Shown here in pieces: positions 37,001-49,235 of a stretch of DNA of 64,000 nucleotides. Both the position numbers and the translations under genes were made by a program. Numbering within the stretch: the first letter of the stretch is position 1; each line of letters opens with the position of its first letter. Below the pieces are notes generated by a model. That model had not been told where the DNA came from. It saw nothing but the letters and a program-made list of their open reading frames with translations, and did not search any database. This stretch comes from Glaucostegus cemiculus (taxonomy: Eukaryota): contig CDPCPM010000056.1 in NCBI GenBank assembly GCA_976551045.1, positions 14,570,001 through 14,634,000 on the forward strand, written 5' to 3'.

Positions 37001-37671
37001 AATTAAATTTTTAATTAAAGATTACAAAACTGACCCAACCATTGATGTCAAGGAAGTTTAAGTGTTATGATCATGTTCTGTTTGCAGTGGTTATAATATT
37101 GGCTCCTTACTAATCTGCTGGAACATTTTTACTCTTAATGGAACACTGAATATAATTTCTCTGCCAGGTCTTATGCCATTTAATTCAGGATCCTACAATT
37201 TATACCATCATTTTCAGTCACTTTGTTCTACTTTAGATTAAATCAATTCTGTAATCCTCTTTTCATTGACTAAATAACCTTTATCAAATTGCTTTTGACT
37301 GTCTCAGATTTTACTTCCACCCGAGTATTCCTTCATTTTGTGGATGTTAAAGCAAAATACTTGTTAAGTAGACTGGTAGATTTCTGCTTATCCTTTAGCA
37401 GGCCTCTGCACATGGATGTCCAAGAGGGAATTTGAGCAAGATTGGTATGGACGGAATCCCAGTGCAGTATCGAATGGATGGGAATCTGTTTCTTATTGAT
37501 TGCCACCTGATTCCCGCGGCGACATTGCCAGTTTTTGTGTTCTTGACTAAACGTTTCATTATCAATGTTCAGCCGATGATGGTGATGATGCTGATGCTTG
37601 TCCTGTAAGCTGGTGACTAACACTGGGTGTTAATCTATACTTTTCGTATACCTTGTTTCTGTTTCTCACAG

Positions 37672-37801
37672 CGTTTGCTGCTTCAAGATCTACATGATAG
37701 TCACGTATGCAATTCATTGCTTGTGGCTGAGAGTGAAGAAGATATTTGGAAGAATGAAATCTCCTACACTTCATATCGCCCACGGATTATTGCCAGTGAT
37801 G
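37672..37801 (+). CDS. SZT2: SZT2 exon 16: [29 protein letters not shown]...IASD
   Basis: ctcacag| acceptor, G|gtatgc donor; phase 0 to 1. Confidence 0.95.
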
Positions 37802-38712
37802 GTATGCAACCATTTTCCTATTCCGTGCAGTTTCATTTTAATTATGTGTTCGTTTTGATGGTCTGTTTTAGTTCATCTTTCAATTGTGCAGGAATACAGA
37901 CAAATCTATCGAATGTAATATTCATTCCAACACTAATATGTTCTAAAGTCCAGTATCCTGAATTCTATACTGTGCCAGATGTGGCCTTATCAGGACTTTC
38001 TATTCTCTCCATTATGTTTCTAAACTCCTAGATATAAAAGGTAATATTCCAGCAATCTTATTGAATATTATTTTGGATCCAGCCACTACATTGTAGTGCT
38101 CCATTAACATAGACCATGAAAAGATTTTGGTGGTCCACTGTTCCTAGCTTTCTGATACTGAAGAATGGATGACCTTGTGCTTACTTTGAAACACAACCAC
38201 CAGATTTATAGTACCAGTATTTCTTTGTAATTTTATTCTGCCATCCACATCATCTATCTTTGTGATTGTCAAACCTATAAATGCATTTACCTTATGTTGT
38301 CTAAGTTATAAATATTATGCTATCCAGGTGAAGAGGGACCCATACAGATTTTGTGGGAAAGCACTACCATTTCATGTATACACCCAGTGTCCCTTCTCTT
38401 TATCAATTGGTTAATTTATCTCCCAAACAGATCAAAATTTAAAGGCAATATACTGAGATGCTGGGAAATGGCACCTAAAAGAAACTGGAACAATTGAGCA
38501 GCTGGGGAAGCATCAGTGAAGAGAGATTAATTCTTTGGTCAATGATGTTTCACCAGAACTGTACAAAGCCAGAGGTTAGCACAACTGAAGATGCAAAAAG
38601 AGGCAGTGGAGGAGAGGAGGGATTGAAAGAGAAGGGTTGTGACAGGATGGAAAGCAGCAGAGATTAAAGAGATTAAATAGCTAAGGAATGATCTTGGTAG
38701 TCCAAACAGGGT

Positions 38713-41012
38713 AGTCATAGAGTACTACAGCGCAGAAGCAGGCCCTTCGGCCCATCTAACCCATGCTGACCTGATCTGCCTATTCCCATCTGCCTGCACC
38801 CAGACCATATCCCTCTAAACCCTGCCCATCCATACACTTATCCAAATTTCTCTTAAATGTTATAATTGAACTGCATCTACCACTTCCGCTGGCAGCTCGC
38901 TTCATACTCGTACAATCCTCTGAGTGAATAAGATTCCCCTCAGATTCCCCTTAAACCCTAAACCTATAACCTCTAGTTCGAGTGTCACCAGACCTGAGGG
39001 GAAATAGCATGCATTCACCCTATCTATACTCCTCATAATTTTGTATACCACTATATGATCTCCCCTCATTTTCCTGTGCTTCTATACTCTTGCATTTCTA
39101 TACTCCTTAAGCACCTCATTTGATCCTACCTGCCTATACCTGATATGCGCCACCTTCTTTTTCTTTACCAGGGCCTTAATATCCCTCGATAACCAAGGTT
39201 CCCTAAACCTGTTGGCCTTGCCTTTTATTCTAACAGGAGCATACAGATTCTGTACTTTACGTACTTCATTTTTGAAAGCCTTCCCAAGGCATTTCTTTGC
39301 CAGAGATCAGCTTATCCAAATCCATGCCTGCCAGCTCCCTTCTGATGCCATAAAAATTTTCCTTGCTCCAATTTAGAATCTTAACCCGAGGACCAGTCCT
39401 ATCCCTTTTTATAATTATCTTGAAACTAATGGAATTATGATCACTAGATCCAAGTGTTCCCTTCTACACAGCTCTGTCACCTACCCTGTCTCGTTCCCTA
39501 AGAGGATCCAGTATCACACTCTCTCTAGTTAGGCCTCTACATATTGGTTGGGGAAACTTTCCTGAGCACATTTGACAAACTCTATCCCTTCCAGTCCCTT
39601 TACAGCATGGGAGTCCCAATCAATATGTTAAAATCACCTACGATCGCAAGCTTGTATTTCTTGCATCTGTCTGCTATCTCTCCACAAATTTGTTCCTCTA
39701 AATCCCACTGACTATTGGGAAGTCTATAATATATTCCCATTAACATGGTCATCCCTTTCTTATTCCTCAGTTCCACCTATATTGCCTCAGTGTTTGAGCC
39801 CTCTATTGTGTCCTCTCTGAGCACTACTGTGACATTTTCCCTGATGAGTAATGCCATCCCCTTTAATGCCTCCTCCTCCATCATGTCTAAAACATCAGAA
39901 CCCCGGAACATTGAACTGCCAGTCTTGCCCCTCCTGCAACCAAGTCTGACTAATGGCTATAACATCATAATTCCACATGCTGATCCATGGTCTAAATTCA
40001 TCTTCCTTTCCTATGATACTCCTTGCATTGAAATAGATGCATCTCAGAACATTAGTCCCACCATGCTCATCAACCAGTTGATTTCTGTCTTTGCTTGCAA
40101 GCTTAACATCTGCCTTCCCCGTAGCTACTCCACTTGCTGCCCTGCCACTCTGGTTTGCACCCCCCTGCAACTTAAATTTAAACCACCATCACCACCTCCA
40201 CCCCCTCACCCCCCAGCATCACTAGCAACCCTCCCTGTATGGATATTGGTCTCCTTCCAGTTCAGGTGCAAACCGTCCCATTTGTACAGATCCCACCTGC
40301 CCTGGAAGAAAGCCCAATGATCCAAATACCGGATTCCTTCCCCCCTGCACCATTTGCTTAGCCATGTGTTAAACTGCACCATCTTCCTATTTCTTGCCTC
40401 GCTAGCACATAGCATGGGTAGCAATCCTGAGATCACCAGCCTGGAGGTCCTGTCTTTTAACTTAGCACCTAACTCCCTGAACTAACTTTGCAGGACCTCG
40501 CCGCCCTTCCTGCCCATGTCATTGGTACCGATGTAGACCACGACTTCTGACTGCTCACCCTCTGCCTTAAGAAGGCTGTGGACTCAATCCGACACATCTC
40601 TGACCCTGGCATCTGGGAGGCAACATACCATCTGGGAGTTTCATTCTCGTCTACAGAATTTCCTGTCTGTCCCCCTCACCAATGAATCCCCTATCACTAC
40701 TGCACTCCTTTTTTCCCCTCTTCCCTTCTGAGCCACAGAACCAGGCTCACTGCCAGAGACCTGGCTGCTGCGGCTTTCCCTTGGTGGGCTGTTTCCCACC
40801 ACCCACCACCACCCTCCCCGCCCCCACCCTTCCCCGCCAACAGTATCCAAAGCAGTAAACTTGTTATTGAGGGGAATGGCCACAGGGGTACTCTGTACTG
40901 ACTGCCTATCACCTTTCCATCTCCTGACGGTCATCCAGATACCCGTATCCTGCAACCTAGGTGTGACTGCCTCTCTGTAACTCCTGTCTATATACCCCTC
41001 AGCCTCCTGAAT
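38713..41012 (-). mobile_element. CR1 LINE with ORF1 SGNH/GDSL esterase, ORF2 endonuclease start and 3' end; RT core deleted (junction near 39080)
   Basis: Minus peptides AVVIGDSLVRGTD and WDGLHLN (esterase), LRCIYFNARSI..VIAISQTW (APE endonuclease); jumps to the C-terminus and tail at 38713-39080. Confidence 0.85.
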
Positions 41013-41519
41013 GATTCCAAATAGTGATGGGACTTGTAAAGAAATGATTGATCCGATAAGTGGAGGTGTGAATGGGAGAAGCAGAGTCATTAATTAGCAT
41101 TGTGGCCACTGGCAATCTGAAATTAAAACAAAACTACTGGAAGTGTACAGCATTTGAAATAGTTGTATTCTAAGTGTAGATTCCAAAAGATGAGGAGCTT
41201 CAGTTCACATTGAGCTTCATTGGAACAGAATGGGAGACTAAGTGAAAGAGTGGAGCAGAATGGAAAATTGTGACTTGAAGCTTAGGTTACATTTTGGTCT
41301 CTTCTCCCCTGTGTTTACACAGTTTAAAACTTGCTCCTCTAATTTTTTTCTCAATTTAAATGAAAAAGTATTTGACCTAAAATTTCATTGACCTACAACA
41401 TTATCCCCTTCCACGGATGTTGCCCGGCCAATAGAGTATTTCCAGCATTCTTATTACTTTATTTCAGGTCACTTATTTGCCTTGTATTCGTGAGCTTTAA
41501 TTTTAGGCAACAGTCTTTT

Positions 41520-42800
41520 CATTGAATGTTAACAGCACAGAAGAGGGCTTTTCAACCCTTTGAAAAGGTGCAGTTGAATCAGACTCTACTACCCAGTGTG
41601 GCAAAAAAATCCTCATAAGTACAGATTCTTTCCTCCATCATTTAGGAACCCTCCCTTTTCCCACCCCTTCATTCCTTTACTAAGCACTTTAAATTAATGT
41701 AGGCAAATTTTTGTCTCTTCCATCAATAGGAACAATATCTCTCTCTATATTCTTCCAAGACCCCTTATTTTGAGCACTTCTGTCATATCATTGCCTGTAA
41801 CACTCCAGCCTCTCCAGGCCTTCCCTGTAACATAATTCCCTCCAGTATTTTGGTAAATGTTTGCTACACCCTCTCCAAAGTGTCAACTTCCTTCCCAAAA
41901 TGTGGTGACTGGAATTTTTGCCAACATTTCAGTTATGTCTGAGACAGTGTTTAACAAAGTATCATAATAAATTCCATGCTTTTGGAGCTCGTGCATCTGT
42001 GTACTAAATCCAAGATCCCATCTAGGTTTTTAATAAGTTTCTTGACCAGTTCAGCCACCTTCAAAGATAAGCGCACAGTCACCAAGGTTTCTCTGTTCTT
42101 GCAACATCTTGTAGTTCCAAATTTGGTGGTGTTTATAATTTCTTTTTTTAGTTGCCTTCATGCTGCCAACTTCAATTCCTGAATATATAACATAAAAAGT
42201 AGTGGTCCTAGTGCTGATCCCTGGGGAATTCCACTGTCTATCTTTTTCCATTTGAAAATCAGTCATTCACACAACTGTTTTTGGTCTTTAAAGTAATTTA
42301 TTATCCATGTTGCTGCTGCCCCTTCCAATGAGCTTCAGCCTCAGTACAAGCTAATTATGTGGCACTTTATTAAATATCATTTGGAACCAAACGTATGCCA
42401 TATTAATCATATTGCCCTCATCAGGCTTCTCCATTACCTCATCTAAGCTCTTAATCGATTATTTAAACACAGTTCACTATTTGCATATCTTACTTGTCCA
42501 AGATGCTTTTGATTTTGTCCCAGATTAATGATTTCTCACCACTGAAATTAAACTGCTTGGCCACTAATTGCTATTTTAATCGTTACTTCCTTGATTGCTG
42601 AACAGTTCTCCTGTCCTCTGTCATCAGCCCCATATCAGAGGTTGATCATGGCCTGATTCTCAGCAGTTTATGCTTTTACTTTCTTCATTACTTTGAACAT
42701 CCTGAATCGTTTTATAGTACCCTATCTGGACCTGGTGACTTACCTGTTTTTTACGCAGCCTACTTTATTAGTCCATCTAGTGACTCAATTCCCACTTCTT
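41520..42800 (-). mobile_element. Old CR1 LINE RT fragment
   Basis: Complement of SGIPQGSALGPLLF (ggtcctagtgctgatccctggggaattccact) and other degraded RT segments. Confidence 0.6.
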
Positions 42801-44013
42801 TCTTTAACTGTGGGAGCATTTTCCTTTGTAAAGACAGACGCAGAGTTCTGATTTAATTCACTAGCTTTGTCTTCTGCCATGATCCCCAATTAACTTCATC
42901 CCTTCCTCTTATGACCCATTGACTATTTATATGCATATTGAAGATATTTGTGTTTCATTTAACATTGGCTGCTTGTTAATTCTTATTCTCTCTAATCCTT
43001 ATTTCATCTTTTGCTTCCTCTCTAGATTTTATAAATCTGGCCTGATTCTCACTCATAGCATCAACCTGAAATCTGTTATCTATCTCTTTCTCCATTTCAC
43101 TTTATTACCTATCTCTTTTGTCATTTGGGGAGAAATAGCTTTGGCTATGTGAATGATTGAGTGCATACAGGTATAAATTATCCATTACATATACATTTTC
43201 ACTCTCAACAGCTCAGATTTCTCCCAAGTATTAAGTAACTTTGTTCTTCACTATGGATTTCTGTAACCTCCCCATATTAAATGTTAGATTACTAAGACTA
43301 TAATTTCCAGGTTTCCTGCCGTTACACCTTTATGACCATTAATTAGTCCTATTTATTCACAGGTAAGTGGTTAAATAAGGCAAAATTAGATAGAAATCTA
43401 CATTGCAGTTTATTTAAGTAAGCAGACAATGGAAATCAAATTCATTGTAGAATGGGTTAACCTGCATTTTTTTAGAACTGTATTTTATAAGATGATCAGA
43501 AGAGCTTGGATTTGTTTTTTCTTGTGTTGACTATCACAACTTAGTTATAAAAATGACTGAGTCACAAAGATAATTCCTCTTGCGTTAGGATAAGACTGCC
43601 TGTGATTACAACCCATAGATCTTCTGTCATGTTCAAGTCAATGTGTTTGAAATAAAGGTATTAAACTCAACAATCCAAAGGATTAACAGATGTACACTTT
43701 CAAATTGCCATGTTAATAGCTAGAAGATGTAGTTTCCTCTCAGTTTAACATCTTGTAATAGCTTGGTAATCACATAGCATGTATAACTGTCTAAAAATTT
43801 CCATTCTTTCTATTCCTCATAAATTGCTTCAATTTTAATAAGAACTGATTTAATTGGTTTCTGAACTGAGGGAGACATCTTCCATTTAACTCCAGCTATT
43901 ACATAAAAATATTTCATAGTTTCTGTCACAAACTCAATCAATCTTGTGTTCCATAAGTCTGTTTTTGAAGTAGTTATTTATTTCTTGTTTAATTCTTCCC
44001 CTTGAAATCACAG

Positions 44014-44166
44014 ACTATTCAGCAGATGAAAATTACCAATCAAGGGATTACTTGGCTGCCACAATGCAGTTTATGCCAGGCCATTTTGCATGCGAAGTGG
44101 TGTGGAAGACCATCATACATATTCATCCTCGACTGAAGATGGGACCCAACATGGGTGTTGCAAGAG
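44014..44166 (+). CDS. SZT2: SZT2 exon 17: [31 protein letters not shown]...[14 protein letters not shown]
   Basis: tcacag| acceptor, G|gtaggc donor; phase 1 to 1. Confidence 0.95.
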
Positions 44167-44504
44167 GTAGGCTAAATTTTGTTGATTTTGCTCTATACGT
44201 TTAACTGTGTTTGGTGCCACTGCAACATTAAGCTGATGTTCTCAATAATCAACCTTTACCTTGCTTGCTCTAATGTGTTCCATGCCTTGAACTGAAGACT
44301 TCACCGTGTATTCAGAATACATCAGTGGATGTCATAATGATCTCCTTGTCTCTGCTGAGGCAAGAGCACAAACACTGTAATCAGGTTGTGTCATTTAAAT
44401 CAGTCTGCATCAGTGTAATATTGAATGGAATATTAACACTAAATACAGTTTTACTGGTCTTGAAATGTCAGAAAAAAGTCTTAACAATAAATGTGAAATT
44501 CACA

Positions 44505-45420
44505 GTGGAAGGCTAAAAAGCTAGCAGGTAAGTGCAGCAAGTAGTTAAGAAAGCAAATGACATGTTGGCCTTTATTGCAAAGTGATTGGTGTTCAGAAGA
44601 GGAAAGTTTTGTCACAATTGTACAGGGTATTGCTGAGGCCACATCTGGAATACTGCACACAGTCTTGGTCCTCCTACCTAAAAAAGCATATAGCAGCATT
44701 GGAAGCAGTTCAAAAGAGACTCATCGGGTTAATTCTTGGGATGACAGTACTGTCATATCAGGAGAGGTTTAATGGGTTGAGTCTGCATTCTTTCGAGCTT
44801 AGAAGAATGAGGAGTGATCTTATTGAAATGTGTGAGATCCCATTAGGGCACAACAGGGTAAATGTCATGATGTTTTCTCTAGTGGGAAATTCTGGAATAA
44901 GGGGACGCAGTTGGAAGGCAAGGGGCTGGTCATTTAAAACAGAGATACATCAAAATTTCTTCTCAAAGAGGGTAGTGAATCTCTGAACTACTCTGCCCCA
45001 GAGAGTTGTGGAGACTAGATCATTAGAAGTAAGATAAAATAACTTTATTCATCACATGTACATCAAAACACACAGTGAAATGCATATTTTGTGTTGAGTG
45101 ATCTGGGAGCAGCCCTCAAGTGTGGCCACTTTTCCGGCGCCAACATAGCATGCCCACAACTTCCTAACCCATATGTCTTTGGAATGTGGGAGGAAACTGG
45201 AGCACCCGGAGGAAACCTACGCAGACATGAGGAGAATGTACAAACTCCTTACAGACGGCGGCTGGACTTGAACCCTGGTCGAAGCAGATAAGCCTTTGAA
45301 AGACCAGGAATTGAGGGCTGTAAGAATATGGCTATGGGACTTGAGGCCTGGGTAAATCAGTTACAATCATATTGAATGGCAGTGCAGGCTTGATGGGTTG
45401 AGTGGTTTTACTCCTGTGTC
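44505..45420 (+). mobile_element. CR1 LINE 3' fragment interrupted by a minus-strand V-SINE (45030-45281)
   Basis: Peptide LYRVLLRPHLEYC..RRMRSDLIE..FFSKRVVNL; the insert is the complement of the V-domain and Rex-like tail. Confidence 0.78.
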
Positions 45421-46500
45421 CATTCTAGTCATTTAATTTTTATATGGCTATCTCCCATTTTCAAGTTCCTGATCAGCTTAGTATTTCCATTGGTTCCAGA
45501 CTGAATCAAATCGATCTTTATTAAGATCTAGTTTCTAATCCCTTTGACATTATCCCAAAACTAAACAACATTTCAAACCATACCATTTATTATTAGAATG
45601 CACTTGAAATACTGCAGGTGATGAAAATGTAAAACAAAATCAGAATATGATGGAAATTCCCACAAGTCAGGCACAGCAGTGGTTCAGTTGAAGGGCAACA
45701 TCTATAATGTTAAATTTATCATTTCTCTTGGTAGATGCTGTGCCTGCCTTGCTACGTGTGTTCAGCATTTTTCTGATTTTGTTTCTCTCAAAATTTAGTT
45801 ACAAAACCCTGCAAGGTTTGATAAAGCTATATTAAAGTATGTCCACTTCTGGGCACCACAATTTAGGAACAACTTGAGAACATTGAAAAGGTCACAGAAG
45901 AGATTTACTAGAGGGTTTTAGTGATGAAATATTGCAGTTACATGAATAAACTTTGGAAGCTAAGGCAGTTTTCCTTGGAGGACAAAAGGTTGAGAATAGA
46001 TTTAATAGCTTTAAAATATGAAGGTTCTGACATAGTAAAGAAAAGCTTTTCCTTGTGGATGAAAGTTTAATAACTTAAGCTTACAGATTTAAGGTGAAGA
46101 AGAAAAGAGCCAATCACAGTATTTAAAAAAAAACTTGAGTACACAATGAGTGGGAGTGATTTGAAATTTGGAATCCACTGCAAGATAGATATACTGTATT
46201 TCAGTAGTAGCCTTCAAGAGGAAAGAGGATAAATATTTAAAAGTGGTTTAAATTGTAGGGATACCAGATAGAATGAAGAGTGTGACAGAAGTGGTTGCTT
46301 ATTGAAAGAGACATGAAATTTGATAGGTACATTGCGTATCATTTCTTTTGATTCTACAGGTAGTCACATATTCACTAGGTTTAAAATAGTGCCTTCTGAT
46401 GTAAATGCAGCTATTCTACCAACCTGCAGTCATGACTAGATCCTTTGGCTTGTTCTAAGCATTTAAATTAAAAAGATCAAACCAAGGAGGTAATTTAACA

Positions 46501-46915
46501 CAGACCTTAGTCCTGATGGATAAGATAAGATATTTATTTATTAGTCACATGTACATCGAAACACACAGTGAAATGCATCTTTTTGCATTACTGAGAATGT
46601 ACTGGGGGTAGCCTGCAGGTGTTGCCACCCTTCCGGTGCCAACGTAGCATGCGCGCAGCTCCTAACCTGTATGCCTTTGGAATGTGGGAGGAAACCGGAG
46701 CACCCAGATGAAACCTACACAGACACACTGGGAGAACGTACAAACTACTTACAGACAGCGGCAGGAATTGAACCCGGGTCACTGGCACATTAATAACGTT
46801 ACGCTAACCACTACACTACCATGCTGCCTTGGCCCAAAATATCGACTGTTAATTTCCCTCCATAACATGCTGCCAGACCTGCTGAGTACCTCCAGCATTT
46901 TGTGTGTGTTGCTGC
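46501..46915 (+). mobile_element. Stand-alone Penelope pLTR mini-element (13-bp TSD) with a full-length minus-strand V-SINE (about 46521-46827) inserted in its hammerhead core
   Basis: AGGTAATTTAACA at 46488-46500 and 46916-46928; agtcCTGATG before the SINE and cttggcccAAAAtatcgact..gacctgctgagtacctccagca after it. Confidence 0.78.
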
Positions 46916-47051
46916 AGGTAATTTAACAGTACTGGATTTTAATTTGAAGTGTTTTTAGCTGTGAATTTTGCTCCTGTCCCCCCCCCCCCCCTTGATCTTA
47001 TTCGCAGTCCTTTGTTGTTGGAGGAGAACTAACATTCCTTATGCTATATGA

Positions 47052-47225
<174 letters not shown>

Positions 47226-47494
47226 TAAGAAAACACTCCAGGGCACATTGCCTGTGATGCTGGAGTAGTTGGTATTAACCTGACAGTTTTAGTCCAGCCT
47301 GAGACTAGTAGAGGCCAGAGAAACCAAAATGAGTCGTATGAAGGTTGGGATCGAAATGTGTTGAGGTAGCATGGAAGAGGCATGACACATCCCTGACTGA
47401 TGTCCTGGTAGTGGGCATTAAAGCTCTAAGAGGAGGGACTAAATATAGTTTTGTGTATTTTGAGAAGGTATCATTTTCATTTAAAAACTTGCTT

Positions 47495-47770
47495 TGCAGC
47501 AAGATGGCGCCGGAGTGTGGCGTCTCGTTGCAAGCTGCTCTCTGCAGATCTACTCGTTACCTTTACTATAATCGTTCTACACTTTTAAATTTAAATTCTG
47601 TGTCACTTACTACACTTTACTATTGTTTTTACCTGTACTACCTCAATGCACTCTGTACTAACTCAATGTATCTGCACTGTGTAATGAATTGATCTGTACG
47701 AACAGTATGCAAGATAAGTTTTTCACTGTACCTCGGTACAAGTGAGAATAATAAACCAATACCAATACCA
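47495..47770 (+). mobile_element. Short bipartite Rex-Babar-derived element (putative 5' UTR fused to 3' tail)
   Basis: Begins caAGATGGCGcc (YY1-type motif); from about 47600 it matches the 3' UTR of 28861-29207, ending aataaa(CCAATA)n; no coding sequence. Confidence 0.6.
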
Positions 47771-48679
47771 AACACCCCTGGGTGAATTTTTCAGGCACAA
47801 GGGTTTCTCATTTGCACATAAGATGTTGGAAAAAATCTCATTATGTGGATGTTACAGTGGACTTGTTTCAGGAGAATATCTTTGAAGAGCAGTTTCCAGA
47901 TAATACAGTTTCGAAGTTCTGATTTAGAGTGCAGTTCAGATAAAAGTGTGAAGGGATCAATGAATTTGGGACTGAAGAAAGTGGTATCCCAATTTTCAAA
48001 TGATGCTAACATAGTATCCTTCTAAAGATCAAGGGCAATTTGCTGAAAATCTTGAAGTGTTTGAGCTTTTCAATAGAACACAAGGGAACAAATGCATAGA
48101 TTTAATAAGGAATTAGGCAGAATTGGTAGAAATGAACTATTTCCTGTGAAAAGGCTAGAATCGGAAAGCATTTATGTGTACATAGGAGAGATCATGATTT
48201 TGCATGTGATAGTTACCAGGGTGTAAAATGTACTGCTAATATTAACGATGGAAACAGAAATTGTGTCAAATGTTAAGAACAGGATAGATGGCTGGTTACA
48301 TTTTTGTTAAGTAAGAGAGAATAAGAATTCTATCTAGAATTAGGTTACAGATCAGTGATTCTCTCATTGAATTGTGAAACAGGTTTGAAGGATTAAATGA
48401 CCTACCAATCAGGGTGATGTATATTTCTATAATCCAGTAATTGAAGGAAAGTGAGGTAATTAGATATGAATCAAAAAACTAACATGCAAGAATTGGGCCA
48501 AATGGCCCGTTTCAGTAATGTGGTTTGAATGTAATTCTGTGATGGTTACTTAATGGTTCATATTGAGCCAAAACAAGTTAAACTATTTTTGTCATTGTAT
48601 TTTAAGCACATCATCAAATACAATCTATGACTGAGGTGAGAACCTTTTTTTTCCTTTTGTTCTTTGTCTATTCTGACAG

Positions 48680-48803
48680 GCTGTCTGAAACAGTATGCAG
48701 TGGAAATACACCGGATTCAGATAGAGAGTGTCATTCCATGCTTTCTTCTCGTTCATTGGCTTTAACACGCAGCCAGGAGCCAATTCTTGTAGATGAACTT
48801 GGG
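48680..48803 (+). CDS. SZT2: SZT2 exon 19: RLSETVCSGNTPDSD...SLALTRSQEPILVDELG
   Basis: tgacag| acceptor, GGG|gtaaga donor; phase 2 to 0; SLALxRSQEPI motif. Confidence 0.92.
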
Positions 48804-49126
48804 GTAAGATCAAATCAGGAACATTTATGATTGTAACAGCTCAAGATAATAGAAGAGATCGGTTTAAATTATTTTATGTGAAATGTTACTGGACTGTGGA
48901 ATGCACTGCTAAAGTTACTGATTGAAACAGACTATATTTAAAAAAAGGATGATGGGTGGTTGTATTTTTGTTAAGAAATGTTGGACAAGGGTAGTATCTG
49001 GAGGTAGGTTACAGATCAGTCTTGACTCCATTGAATGATAGAGCAGATTTGAGAGATTAAGTGATCTTCTAGCATAAAACATGATCAGACCACTTCTCAT
49101 AAATTCTGATTTGCTTTTTAATCTAG

Positions 49127-49235
49127 AATTCCAAACCCTCTGATCCCACACTTTGCCGAAGTGCAGAGTCGTCGCGACCCATTGGCCAAGTCGATAAGCA
49201 CATTCTGCTAATGGTACATGGCGTAGGACAAGCAG
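49127..49235 (+). CDS. SZT2: SZT2 exon 20: [36 protein letters not shown]
   Basis: atctag| acceptor, G|gtgagt donor; phase 0 to 1; VHGVGQAG motif. Confidence 0.93.
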
